In this document: positions 37,490 through 46,922 of the stretch, one piece after another | Layout of the letters: each line of letters starts with the position of its first letter | Numbering within the stretch: the stretch's first letter is position 1 | Origin: a bacterium | GTDB lineage: Bacteria > UBA10199 > 2-02-FULL-44-16 > JAAZCA01 | DNA: 64,000 bases | Assembly: GCA_021810905.1 (NCBI GenBank) | Contig: JAJZQH010000014.1 | Location: forward strand, 12,369 to 76,368 | Reading direction: 5' to 3' | Translations under genes and position numbers: made by a program | The notes under the pieces: generated by a model | Database searches by the model: none | The model's input: only the letters and a program-made list of their open reading frames with translations | What the model was told of the DNA's origin: nothing

Positions 37490-38701
37490 GTGGGAGTGCG
37501 CCATGGGCGGATGTCGCGGCGTGCGATGGAGCGATCGCTTTCCGAGCTCGAACGGCTGATCGATACCGCTGGCGGCGTTGTCGTTGGCAAGAGCTCGCAG
37601 GAGGTGCGGCGCATAGATCCCGCCACGTTCATCGGTCGAGGCAAGGCGGAGGAGTTTGCTGCAAAGGTAGTCGAACTCGCCGCTGAACTAGTTGTGCTCG
37701 ACTGCGAACTCTCCCCGGTCCAGAATAGAAATCTGGAGGATAAACTCGGCGTCCTCGTGCTCGACAGGACGGCGGTGATCCTCGACATCTTCGCGCAGCG
37801 CGCGCGCTCCAACGAGGGTAAACTCCAGGTGGAGCTGGCCCAGTTGGAGTATCTCGGGCCCAGGCTCGTGGGCCGCGGCAAGATGCTCTCTCAACAGACC
37901 GGCCGCATAGGCACTAGGGGGCCTGGCGAGACGGCGCTGGAGTACGATAGACGCCGCATGCGCGACAGAATTACAAGGCTGCGCCGCGGGCTCGAGCACG
38001 TGCGCGCGCACCGCGGTCTTCACCGCCGCAAGCGCGCCTCCATTCCCATTCCGCTCGTATCGCTCGTTGGCTACACCAACTCCGGCAAGTCCACGCTCAT
38101 GAACGCACTGACAGGCGCCGGCGTCTTTGTCGAAGACAAACTCTTCGCAACGCTCGACCCTACCGTGCGCAGGCTCAGGCTTCCATCAGGCAGGGAGGTG
38201 CTTCTCGCGGATACAGTGGGCTTTATCAGCAGGCTTCCCCACGAACTCGTGGAGTCGTTCAAGTCCACTTTTGAGGAAGTGGAAGCAGCGAGCGTGCTTC
38301 TGCACGTAATCGACGGCGGCGATGAAGAGGCGGCCATGCACGTGAAGATCGTGGAGGGCGTGCTCGCCGAGCTGGGCCTGGGCAAAAAACCCGTGCTCGA
38401 CGTCGTCAACAAATGCGACCTGCCGGCCGTGTTTTATCGCGGAGATCGCGATGCCGTTCGCGTCTCCGCGATCACTGGGCAGGGGATAGGCGAGATCACG
38501 GAGAGATTGGACAAGATGCTTACGGTCGAATTCAGAAGCGTTACCCTGAGCCTTCCTCAAGATCGCGGCGACGTGCTCTCCGAACTCTATCGCCTTGGAC
38601 ACGTCACTTTGGTCGAGTACTGCGAGGATCGTATAAGGGTCGAATGCGAGCTGCATGCGAAGCAGTTCGGCAAATACCGCCGATACGTCGAAGGGAGCTA
38701 G
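37490..38701 (+). CDS. hflX: GTPase HflX
   Basis: HflX N-terminal domain (DRTAVILDIFAQRARSNEGKLQVELAQLEY), G domain GYTNSGKSTLMNAL, DTVGF, NKCD. Start could be a few codons downstream. Confidence 0.9.
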   Translation: MGVRHGRMSRRAMERSLSELERLIDTAGGVVVGKSSQEVRRIDPATFIGRGKAEEFAAKVVELAAELVVLDCELSPVQNRNLEDKLGVLVLDRTAVILDIFAQRARSNEGKLQVELAQLEYLGPRLVGRGKMLSQQTGRIGTRGPGETALEYDRRRMRDRITRLRRGLEHVRAHRGLHRRKRASIPIPLVSLVGYTNSGKSTLMNALTGAGVFVEDKLFATLDPTVRRLRLPSGREVLLADTVGFISRLPHELVESFKSTFEEVEAASVLLHVIDGGDEEAAMHVKIVEGVLAELGLGKKPVLDVVNKCDLPAVFYRGDRDAVRVSAITGQGIGEITERLDKMLTVEFRSVTLSLPQDRGDVLSELYRLGHVTLVEYCEDRIRVECELHAKQFGKYRRYVEGS

Positions 38702-38785
38702 CGAACGGGCGGCAGCCAACTGTTTATTTTGACTGGAACTTTTTCTTTTGATTGTGTATTTCAACGATCCTGGAGGGATTTTTGA

Positions 38786-39394
38786 ATGGCGCGAAAGGCG
38801 CGTGCATTTTCGATCATCATATTGCTCGTCAGCACTGCGGCTTTTGCGCGTACGGCTGATGAACCGCGCCGTGAGCTGGTTACATTCTTTGCCTCCGAAC
38901 GGATACTTGGAAGCTGGATCAAGTCATATTTCAACTCGATACCGGGCGGCGAGGCGAATTTCAACGAATGCGAGGCCTCGATAGGCGAGGCCCTTGCTTC
39001 GCGCGGGTACGCCGCTGCGGCAGTTTCGTTTTCCGAAGATCAGAGGGCGTCGGCAAGGCGCTACGGAACGGTGTTCAAGCGCTATAACGACGTGAGCATG
39101 ATGCCCAACGAAACTCTGGTGCGCGCATCATCCGTAGTCGACAACAGCGCATCTGTCGTGCTCGCGTGCAGGGCGGTCGTGGAGAAACCAGGCTGGAGAT
39201 CCGGCGGAGCCGGCGATGCGTGCGCGTCCGCGCGGTGCAAGGCGGTCGATACCGCTTCCCGGAGGCGCATAGCAACGGCATCCGGAGTCCGGTGTTCTCA
39301 ACCCGGCGAGGGCGAAGGCGGCCGAATCCGTGCCATCAGGCAGGCTTGCATCGACATGGTGACGCAGATCCAGGGAAGGCTTGCTGAAAGATGA
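38786..39394 (+). CDS. secreted hypothetical protein (202 aa)
   Basis: Signal peptide MARKARAFSIIILLVSTAAFA. Several Cys residues. No known domain. Confidence 0.5.
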   Translation: MARKARAFSIIILLVSTAAFARTADEPRRELVTFFASERILGSWIKSYFNSIPGGEANFNECEASIGEALASRGYAAAAVSFSEDQRASARRYGTVFKRYNDVSMMPNETLVRASSVVDNSASVVLACRAVVEKPGWRSGGAGDACASARCKAVDTASRRRIATASGVRCSQPGEGEGGRIRAIRQACIDMVTQIQGRLAER

Positions 39395-39407
39395 GAGGTC
39401 TCTTGAT

Positions 39408-39986
39408 ATGGAATTGACCGCGGCAAATATCCTAACCCTCTCGCGTCTGGTGCTGGCGCCGGTCTTTGTAGTCTTATTCGTGATCGGTCAATACGGCTGG
39501 GCGCTGGCGGTATTTATTTTCGCAGGCTTCACCGATCTCATAGACGGTACTGTTGCGCGCATGCTGAGGCAGCGCTCGCAGGGCGGCGCGCTGCTCGATC
39601 CAATCGCCGACAAGCTGCTGGTTCAGAGCTGCTTCATATCGCTTGCCTGGATCGGCGCGCTGCCCTGGTGGTTCGCCGCTCTCGCCCTTGCCCGCGACGT
39701 CATGATTGTAGGCGGGATATTCTACCTTGAACACGTGCGAGCGCCGCTCCCGTACAGGCCTGCGGTGATTTCGAAGTTCGCGACACTCTTCCAGATTGGT
39801 ACCGCCGTGCTGGGACTTGTGACGATCTGGAAGCCGGAGCTCATGATCTCGGGAGTGAGGGCAGATGAATTGCTCGTCTGGACGATCTACGCGACCGCGG
39901 CCCTGATAGTCGCCAGCGGCGCAAGATACGTATCCATGGGATTGCAGATACTCAGGCAGCATCGCCTTGGAAGCCGTAAATCGTAA
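39408..39986 (+). CDS. pgsA: CDP-diacylglycerol--glycerol-3-phosphate 3-phosphatidyltransferase
   Basis: CDP-alcohol phosphatidyltransferase motif DLIDGTVAR...GALLDPIADK with NILTLSRLVLAP at the start. An alternative start 27 nt upstream would overlap the previous gene. Confidence 0.85.
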   Translation: MELTAANILTLSRLVLAPVFVVLFVIGQYGWALAVFIFAGFTDLIDGTVARMLRQRSQGGALLDPIADKLLVQSCFISLAWIGALPWWFAALALARDVMIVGGIFYLEHVRAPLPYRPAVISKFATLFQIGTAVLGLVTIWKPELMISGVRADELLVWTIYATAALIVASGARYVSMGLQILRQHRLGSRKS

Positions 39987-40050
39987 ATCGTTAAAGACCT
40001 CCAGTTCCTGGGCGGTGTTACGAACCACGATCCACGAAACACGAACCGCG
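39975..40050. repeat. TAGT-arm hairpin element, copy C (degenerate; 5-prime leader of the metallophosphoesterase gene)
   Basis: CGTAAATCGTAAATCGTTAAAGACCTCCAGTTCCTGGGCGGTGTTACGAACCACGATCCACGAAACACGAACC. Shares the core ATCGT(T)AAAGACCTC..CTGGGCGGT(G/T)TTACGA with copies A and B. Confidence 0.5.
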
Positions 40051-40062
40051 TAGGGATATTTC

Positions 40063-41151
40063 ATGTCCAAAGAAAAAATAACGCTGGTGGTGAGCGATTT
40101 TCATATTGGCGGCGGGCCTGAGTTGTCCGACGGCACTGCCAACTATCTCGAGGATTTTTTTCAGGATGCGAAGTTCGTGGAGTTCCTGAATTATTATTCA
40201 TCCGGAGAAAACGCCAGGCGGGAAGTCGAACTCGTGATCAACGGCGATTTCTTCAACCACCTGCAGCTCTTTCCAGACGAAGAGCGACCCCAATTCATCA
40301 CTGAGGCCGTAGCCCTTCGGCGCACTGGCTTGATATTCTCCGGTCACGCCGATGTCTTCGACGGGCTCGCGCAATTCGCCGCTGCGCCTCATCATTCCAT
40401 AGTATTCATGATCGGCAACCACGACGTGGGCCTGTTATGGCAATCGGTTCGCCAGATGGTAGTTAACAGGCTGGGTCCCTCCGTGCGCGTGCATGAAACG
40501 CCGGCTTACATATCGGACGGCGTCTGGATCGAACACGGGAATCAGCAGGTGGCCGAGAACCGCATGGACTTCGCGCGGCCAATCATTGAGAACGACAGGG
40601 GCGAGTCCGTCTTGAACCTGCCGTGGGGCGACATCTTCGTGATCCGCTTCCTCAACCGCGTGAAGCGCGGCAGGCGATATATCGACAAGGTTTTTCCGTT
40701 CAGGATCTATCTCAGGTGGGCGCTGATTCACGATACGTGTTTTGCCATCAGGACCGCGTTTGCGGGGCTTTTCTATTTTCTGCAGGTGTTGCTGGGTATC
40801 GGCGGCAACGGCGACCTCGGCAGACGCGAGTTCCTCAAAATCGCAAAGGAATTTTCCTTCCCGGTAAAGATGGATCGCAGCGCAAAGCGCATCCTTGCGC
40901 TTCATCCGAATGTGCGCATCGTCGTCTTCGGCCACGGACACCGCGCGGCGGCGAGGGTCTTCGCGGGGGGCAAACAGTATTTCAACACTGGAATCTGGAA
41001 TGAGATGATAAGCCTGGACATCGGCACCATGGGAAGGACGCTCAAACTCACGTTCACGGAGATACTGCACGGCAGGGACCGGATCCCGCACGGCAGGCTT
41101 CGCGAGTGGAAGGGCGCATATAGGGAAGTGGAGGAAATAGGTCTGACATAA
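40063..41151 (+). CDS. calcineurin-like metallophosphoesterase
   Basis: VSDFHIG, GDFFNH, GNHD, GHGH metal-ligand motifs in order. Confidence 0.75.
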   Translation: MSKEKITLVVSDFHIGGGPELSDGTANYLEDFFQDAKFVEFLNYYSSGENARREVELVINGDFFNHLQLFPDEERPQFITEAVALRRTGLIFSGHADVFDGLAQFAAAPHHSIVFMIGNHDVGLLWQSVRQMVVNRLGPSVRVHETPAYISDGVWIEHGNQQVAENRMDFARPIIENDRGESVLNLPWGDIFVIRFLNRVKRGRRYIDKVFPFRIYLRWALIHDTCFAIRTAFAGLFYFLQVLLGIGGNGDLGRREFLKIAKEFSFPVKMDRSAKRILALHPNVRIVVFGHGHRAAARVFAGGKQYFNTGIWNEMISLDIGTMGRTLKLTFTEILHGRDRIPHGRLREWKGAYREVEEIGLT

Positions 41152-41162
41152 AGATTCCGACG

Positions 41163-41861
41163 ATGAAACAAATCCCAATGACCAAATCCCAATATCAAAA
41201 TGCGGTGATGGAATGGCAGGATCTCGGGCGCATGCCTTATCGCGAGGCGTGGTCGTTGCAGGAGAAGTTGCGCGCTGAGCGGAGTGAAGCGGTTATAACA
41301 GACAGGATGCTCATCGTGGAACATCCTCCGGTCATCACCATGGGCCGCAAGGAATGCATCGCGGACGTCGTCTCGACTGAGTCCACACTCTCAGCCGAGG
41401 GAATAGAACTCATCAAGTCGAACAGGGGCGGCCGCGCGACGTACCACGGCCCGGGACAGCTCGTCTCTTATTTTATCTGCGAACTCTCTTCATTCGGAAT
41501 GGGTGTAGCGGATTTTGTGTTTGCGCTGGAGGAGATGTGTATCCGCACGCTCGCGGATTTCGATATCTGCGCAACGCGAGATCCGGTGAACCCGGGACTC
41601 TGGGTTGGAACAGACAAAATCGTGGCCATAGGTCTGAACGTATCTCATGGCGTCACTCAGCACGGACTCGCGCTTAACGTGGACTGCGACCTCGCTGCAT
41701 ACCGACATATCATCGCATGCGGGATACATGGCAGGGGGATTACCTCGATCGAGCGGCTCACGGGCCAAAGACCGCAGCAGAGCGCAGTAGGACAGCGGCT
41801 GATCGCTCATGCCGGAGAGATATTGTCGAGGGAGATGAAGAGTGTGACGCCACTAGCCTGA
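41163..41861 (+). CDS. lipB: octanoyltransferase LipB
   Basis: QDLGRMPYREAWSLQ, PVITMGRK, RGGRATYHGPGQLV and catalytic C in HIIACGIHG match LipB. Start could be MEWQDLG at 41211. Confidence 0.85.
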   Translation: MKQIPMTKSQYQNAVMEWQDLGRMPYREAWSLQEKLRAERSEAVITDRMLIVEHPPVITMGRKECIADVVSTESTLSAEGIELIKSNRGGRATYHGPGQLVSYFICELSSFGMGVADFVFALEEMCIRTLADFDICATRDPVNPGLWVGTDKIVAIGLNVSHGVTQHGLALNVDCDLAAYRHIIACGIHGRGITSIERLTGQRPQQSAVGQRLIAHAGEILSREMKSVTPLA

Positions 41862-42074
41862 CGTGAACGTGAGCTGATCCGCGGTAGGAGTCGGAGGATC
41901 CTGAACAGACTCGTCTTTGAATTCCATGTACTCGCCTTTTGCCTCGTCGTCGGGCAACTTCTTGAGAAAGGCCTCATATTCCGCGGTATCAAGCCTGCCG
42001 AGGCGGAGATTCCGCTCGAGCAGCCTTGTGTCGTACATCAGTCCTTCGCCTGGCTTTTGTGCCTTCGTAGTCAT
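41853..42074 (-). CDS. small hypothetical protein (73 aa) downstream of the DAC gene
   Basis: Charged, helical-looking sequence MTTKAQKPGEGLMYDTRLLERNLRLGRLDTAEYEAFLKK. Co-directional with and 22 nt after the DAC gene. Confidence 0.4.
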   Translation of the reverse strand: MTTKAQKPGEGLMYDTRLLERNLRLGRLDTAEYEAFLKKLPDDEAKGEYMEFKDESVQDPPTPTADQLTFTSG

Positions 42075-42096
42075 AGGTTCTCTGTCCTCTCGTGTG

Positions 42097-43023
42097 TCAT
42101 TTTTTTGCCGGGGCCTTCTCGATATGCATTATTATCCGGCCGTCCTTGAAGATACGTACGTCGCCGGAGGACTGCGATATAACAAAGGCCACAGCCCGGG
42201 TCAAGCTTGTGATGCCCGCCGCAGCAATATGCCGGCTCCCTAGACCGCGCGGAAGCTGCGATTCATCGATAGCAGCGCCCAGGTAGCGTCCGGCAGCGAG
42301 CACGGTCCCGTCGTCGGCTATCACGAAGGCGCCGTCCATAGCGGCAAACTCGCGGATGGTCTCCTTGAGCGAGGTGGTGAGTATGTTTCGTTCATCCTCG
42401 TCGTAGCCCTTGAAGGGGTTCATGATCATCTGCTTGGAGAGCTGCATCACGTGTTCATGATCGCCCACGACGAAGATAGTACCTATAGACTTGCCCTCGC
42501 GGCCTGTATCCGCCAGCTCCACGGCCAGGTTCAGCACTGCCTGGAAGAGTTCCGGCTGAACCGCTTCAGATATCTTCGCAAGCCCCTTGTGCGCCACGAT
42601 CTCGGATTCCTTTGACGTGTCTACGATCTGTATCAGATCGAGCGATCCCGATTCGGTGGGGCCGACGGCGAAGACGATCTTTGCTCCAGGCTCTACGATC
42701 TCCTGCGAGAGTGCGAGGGTGGTTCCGATCTTTATCAACGAGATGCGCGTGAGCGCTATGCGAGGAATCTGGATTACGGCAGTTGCGCTCATTGCAAGCG
42801 AGTTCTTCTCCTCTTCACTGCCGTCCACGTGTTTTTTCTTCGTGAGCAGTATTATCTTTATGCCCTTTGGAATGCGTTCCTCGCATACGAGATCGTCCAG
42901 GGGATCCACATGCACAACAACGGCATCTGCGTCCGTCTTGGAGGCGATCGTAAAGGCTGTCTTGAGGAATAGTGCGTTTTCGCTGTTCATCCGTATTTCA
43001 AAATACCGGAAGGGCTTCGCCAC
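42097..43023 (-). CDS. DAC (diadenylate cyclase, DisA_N) domain protein with uncharacterised N-terminal domain
   Basis: C-terminal half matches the DAC pattern: GTIFVVGDHE, DGAFVIADDGTVLAAGRYL, LGSRHIAAAGITSLTRAVAFVISQSSGDVRIFKDG (compare RHRAA and VVSEETG in DisA/CdaA). The N-terminal 150 aa has no predicted transmembrane segment and no DisA HhH domain. Confidence 0.65.
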   Translation of the reverse strand: MAKPFRYFEIRMNSENALFLKTAFTIASKTDADAVVVHVDPLDDLVCEERIPKGIKIILLTKKKHVDGSEEEKNSLAMSATAVIQIPRIALTRISLIKIGTTLALSQEIVEPGAKIVFAVGPTESGSLDLIQIVDTSKESEIVAHKGLAKISEAVQPELFQAVLNLAVELADTGREGKSIGTIFVVGDHEHVMQLSKQMIMNPFKGYDEDERNILTTSLKETIREFAAMDGAFVIADDGTVLAAGRYLGAAIDESQLPRGLGSRHIAAAGITSLTRAVAFVISQSSGDVRIFKDGRIIMHIEKAPAKK

Positions 43024-43137
43024 TTCAAGGGGAATGATTGACCTTGCGGTATTGGTGCTGTAAAAAAGCGATCCGTGTTGAACAGCCGCCGCAATAACGC
43101 AGAGAGTGGGCTATGCGAAAGACGATAATATTGAAAG

Positions 43138-43262
43138 CTCCCCGCGGCAAGCCGCGGGGAATCATCGGCAACATTTCCGATCACCCTCACCCTTCCCTCT
43201 CCCCTCAAGGGAGAGGGTGGCGGAAACCCCGCAGCAAGCTGCGGGGTTTCATCGGATTGGCA
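43138..43262. repeat. cluster of three REP-like hairpins
   Basis: Hairpin a: CCCCGCGG-CAAG-CCGCGGGG at 43140-43159. Hairpin b: 43171-43229, the near-identical copy of the gltB insert, with CCCTCTCCC-CTCAA-GGGAGAGGG. Hairpin c: AAACCCCGCAGC-AA-GCTGCGGGGTTT at 43224-43249. Hairpins a and c are followed by the related tails AATCATCGGCAA and TCATCGGATTGGCAA. Confidence 0.7.
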
Positions 43263-43271
43263 ATCATCTTT

Positions 43272-44939
43272 ATGCTGTCCTCCATCGGCGGGACGGCGCG
43301 GGCTGCGCTCAATCCGTCTTCGCCGTTCCAGGTCTTCTGGGACGACGCGCCGATGACGATTTCCGCTGGAACCCCATTCCATCTCAACGTCACGATCAGG
43401 GCGCCCGAGGGGTATTATCTGTATGCGGATGAGACTGACCTCGATTTTGTGAGCCTGGAAGGCCTGTTTGTAAAAGATATTCGATATCCGCGCCCCATTC
43501 AGTACACCGACCCTTATTTAGGCAAGACAGTTGGTATTTTCAAAGGCGATACGGTCATATCGATAGAAGGCATGGCGCCCGCGGGTCTCGAACCTGGCAG
43601 AAAGGAACTCACCGCTTTATTGCATTTCAGAGGGTGTTCTCCTTCGCTCTGTTACAGGCCGGAAGAGGATGAAATCGCCTTCATACTGGTCGTGGAGCCA
43701 GCGCCGCAGGTGGAGCGAGTCGAACCAAAGAATCCGGACGTGCATGCGCAGGAGGAGTCAACGCCAATGCCCAGGAGCCTGCCGGAGCAGCTGGGGCTCA
43801 AGCACCTGCTGCAGGTTCAGGATTTCTCGACTCTGCTGGGGCGCGGAACTCTCTTTGCGCTGCTCGTCGTCTTCCTTGCGGGAGTGCTGACTTCGCTCAC
43901 GCCGTGCGTCTGGCCCGTGATACCCGTGGTCCTCCTCTATGTAGGTGTGCACCCGCACAAGCGCTTTCTGGAAAACTTCCTCCTCTCGGCCGTGATGGTC
44001 CTGGGGATAGTGGTCACCTATGCCGCACTGGGCATCGGCGTTGCGGCCTTTGGAAAAAACCTGGGTTTCCTCTATCAGCAGCGGTGGTTTTTGGCGCTGG
44101 TCGTGCTCTTCTTCATTGCGATGAGCCTCTCGATGTTCGGGGCCTTTGACATCCGCATGCCGCGCCGCCTTCATGCGCGGCTCCATGCGCTCGGGGGCGA
44201 GGGATACTGGGGCGCCTTCCTGGCTGGCATGGGGCTGGGGCTCGTCGCCTCGCCTTGTTCGGGCCCGGTGCTCGCGGCGCTTTTGGGTTACGTGGCCCTG
44301 CAGGGTAGCTACCTCGTAGGTTTCGGCCTGCTCATAGTCTACGGCCTCGGGATGGGCCTGCTCATGATGCTGCTCGGCGCATGTTACGGAGAGCTTGCCG
44401 GCAAACTCAAAGGGGGCGCGTGGATGCTCTGGATAAGGCGCGCCCTTGGAATCGTATTGCTGTTCCCGGCGGCGTACTACATGGGCGTGCTCTTCAACTG
44501 GAACCCGCAGCACAAGGCCCCTGCGAACGCCGCGCGAATAGAGTGGGTGACCAGTGAAACCGACGCCCTGCGCGCTGCAGCCCAGACGGGTAAATCCGTC
44601 ATGATCGATTTTACGGCCGCGTGGTGTCCGCCGTGCGGAGCGCTCGAACGCAATTTCTTTTCGAGAAACGACGTCATCGGGTTGGGCTTCGAGCTCATCC
44701 CGCTCAGGGTGGACGCAACGTCCGAGACAAAGGACGTGCGGCAGCTCATCGCCAGATACCGCGTCGCAGGATGGCCGACCGTTCTCTTCGTGGGGCCGGA
44801 CGGAACCGTGTACGAGGACCTGAGGGTGAGCGATTACGACCCTCCGGCAATCGAGCGCAACATGCGCGAAGCGATAAAGAGGGCCCATGCTTCTGACATG
44901 CCCGGAATACGCTCCGAACGAGCGACGGAGAAGCGATGA
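43272..44939 (+). CDS. dsbD: thiol:disulfide interchange protein DsbD-like (CcdA-type membrane core plus C-terminal thioredoxin)
   Basis: Transmembrane Cys pair LTPCVWPVIPV and SPCSGPVLAALL. C-terminal thioredoxin FTAAWCPPCGALE. Start uncertain (ATG 43272 or upstream TTG); the long upstream in-frame extension covers the repeat cluster. Confidence 0.75.
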   Translation: MLSSIGGTARAALNPSSPFQVFWDDAPMTISAGTPFHLNVTIRAPEGYYLYADETDLDFVSLEGLFVKDIRYPRPIQYTDPYLGKTVGIFKGDTVISIEGMAPAGLEPGRKELTALLHFRGCSPSLCYRPEEDEIAFILVVEPAPQVERVEPKNPDVHAQEESTPMPRSLPEQLGLKHLLQVQDFSTLLGRGTLFALLVVFLAGVLTSLTPCVWPVIPVVLLYVGVHPHKRFLENFLLSAVMVLGIVVTYAALGIGVAAFGKNLGFLYQQRWFLALVVLFFIAMSLSMFGAFDIRMPRRLHARLHALGGEGYWGAFLAGMGLGLVASPCSGPVLAALLGYVALQGSYLVGFGLLIVYGLGMGLLMMLLGACYGELAGKLKGGAWMLWIRRALGIVLLFPAAYYMGVLFNWNPQHKAPANAARIEWVTSETDALRAAAQTGKSVMIDFTAAWCPPCGALERNFFSRNDVIGLGFELIPLRVDATSETKDVRQLIARYRVAGWPTVLFVGPDGTVYEDLRVSDYDPPAIERNMREAIKRAHASDMPGIRSERATEKR

Positions 44940-46858
44940 GAAAACGCCTAAGCAGGTACGAACGCAGGATCGCCGCGTCATTCTCCGCGTCGCTCCTGTC
45001 TTTGCCGGACGACAGTCCGGAGCTCGCTCCCCTGATGGATCGCATCGAAGACCTTCTGAAGCATTTTACAAAGGACATGCGCCTCGCGTGGAGCCTCTGT
45101 CTGTGGGCGCTGGAATTTCTAGCGATCTTCTACTACGCCTCATTCAAACCGATGTCGCGGATGTCTCCCGAGCTCCGCCTCCGTTATGTAAGCGCCTGGC
45201 ATAACACATGGTGGTCGGTGAAGCGCACGATCAAGCGCTTCCTCGAGGCCGTGGTCTTCATGAACTATTATTCTCTGCCGGAAGTGGAGCGCCGCGTTGG
45301 ATATACGCCGCGTTACTCGCCCGCTCGCGGCGGCCGGGATTTCCCGACGTCCAATCTCGTGAGGGATATTCCCGCGGGAGACGTAAACTTCGATGCGGAC
45401 GTCTGCGTCGTTGGCTCCGGCGCCGGCGGCGCGTTTATCGCCATGGAACTGGCGAAGGCCGGCAGGAAGGTCGTTATAATCGAGGAGGGCGGTTTCTTCG
45501 ACGTGAACGATTTCGGCTACGACGCGGTGACGATGACGAAGAAGCTCTACCGCGCCGGAGGGCTCACCAACACCTTTGGGTGGCCGCCTATACTCGTGCC
45601 TCTGGGACGCTGCGCCGGAGGCACAACCGTAATCAATTCCGGCACGTGTTTTCGGGCGTCGCCCAAGATTTTCGAGTGGTGGGCGGACCGTTTCGGACTT
45701 ACGGGCTGGTCTAACGACGTCATGCTGTCTTTCTACGAACGCGCGGAACGGATACTCGAGGTGGAGCCTGCTAGAAACGAAGTTCAGGGCCGTTCCGCAG
45801 AAATTTTTGCGCGCGGCGCCTCGAAGCTTGGCATTGAAGTGAAGCCTCTGTTGCGCAACGCCCCGGGCTGCTGCGGCAGCGGCGTTTGCTGCTGGGGCTG
45901 TCCAACCAACGCAAAGAAATCCATGCAGCTCAATGCCCTACCGCTGGCGCTACAGTCAGGGGCCGTGCTCTATACGAAGTGCCGGGCCGAACGAATTGTC
46001 TTTGAAGGCAGCAAGGTGTCTGAAGTTCATGCGCGTTTTATCGACCCGGTCGCGCGCAGGAGAGGCGGGAAGTTGACGGTGAAGGCGAAGGTGGTTGTGG
46101 CGGCGTGCGGATCGCTGCATACTCCGGTGTTGCTGGACCGATCCGGGATTCCGGATTCGTCGAGGCAGTGCGGCAGAAACCTCACGCTGCATCCCGCATC
46201 AAAGGTGACGGCGCTATTCGATGAAAATATCCGCGGCTGGTATGGCATTCCTCAGGGCTGTTACGCGGACGCGCTTGTCGAGGAAGGAATAAAGCTGGAG
46301 GGGATATTCCTGCCGCCTGCCTACACGGCTCCTACGATACTTCTCATGGGCGAAGAACATCGAGAGGCCATGATGCGCTACAATAACATGGCCACGTTCG
46401 GGCTCATGGTCTCGGACACGACCCGCGGCAGGGTCGTGCGCGGGATCAATGGACATTCGATCTCACTTTACACGATCAACCGCGAGGATCTGCCGAAGTA
46501 TCAACGCGGAATCACGCTGCTCACAGAGGCTTTTTTTGAGGCGGGCGCACAAAAGGTCTTCCCGGGCATCTGTACGCTGCCTGTCGTGACGAAAGAGCAG
46601 GGCGCCGCTGCAATCGCAAAACTCAGGCTCAGGAACAAGGATCTGGACCTTCAGGCCTTCCATCCCCTGGGCACATGCCGCATGGGCGCAGATCCGCGCG
46701 AGGCGGTGGTCGACCCAAACGGCCGAGTCTACGGGATCGATAATCTCTTCGTTGCGGACGGCTCCATATTCCCCACTGCGCTCGGCGTGAATCCGCAGAT
46801 GACGATCATGGCGGCGGCCCTCAAGATAGCAGAGGGAATCCATCGAGATGTCCTGTAG
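44936..46858 (+). CDS. GMC-family FAD oxidoreductase with about 150-aa N-terminal extension
   Basis: FAD-binding VCVVGSGAGGAFIAMELAKAGRKVVIIEEGG. C-terminal GMC_oxred_C-like region HPLGTCRMGADPREAVVDPNGRVYGIDNLFVADGSIFPT. Confidence 0.8.
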   Translation: MRKRLSRYERRIAASFSASLLSLPDDSPELAPLMDRIEDLLKHFTKDMRLAWSLCLWALEFLAIFYYASFKPMSRMSPELRLRYVSAWHNTWWSVKRTIKRFLEAVVFMNYYSLPEVERRVGYTPRYSPARGGRDFPTSNLVRDIPAGDVNFDADVCVVGSGAGGAFIAMELAKAGRKVVIIEEGGFFDVNDFGYDAVTMTKKLYRAGGLTNTFGWPPILVPLGRCAGGTTVINSGTCFRASPKIFEWWADRFGLTGWSNDVMLSFYERAERILEVEPARNEVQGRSAEIFARGASKLGIEVKPLLRNAPGCCGSGVCCWGCPTNAKKSMQLNALPLALQSGAVLYTKCRAERIVFEGSKVSEVHARFIDPVARRRGGKLTVKAKVVVAACGSLHTPVLLDRSGIPDSSRQCGRNLTLHPASKVTALFDENIRGWYGIPQGCYADALVEEGIKLEGIFLPPAYTAPTILLMGEEHREAMMRYNNMATFGLMVSDTTRGRVVRGINGHSISLYTINREDLPKYQRGITLLTEAFFEAGAQKVFPGICTLPVVTKEQGAAAIAKLRLRNKDLDLQAFHPLGTCRMGADPREAVVDPNGRVYGIDNLFVADGSIFPTALGVNPQMTIMAAALKIAEGIHRDVL

Positions 46859-46922
46859 CACGCCTGCAGAATCAATTTTCGTTACAGCGCTTGACGGGTA
46901 CGCGGAGAGCGTGTATCGGGTT

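Noticed and set aside
43106-43271. Long N-terminal extensions of the dsbD-like ORF and the overlapping 108-aa ORF at 43106
   Set aside because: Both frames are open only because they run through G/C-rich palindromic repeats. The translated repeats (SSPRQAAGNH and ETPQQAAGFH) mirror DNA repeats rather than protein conservation.
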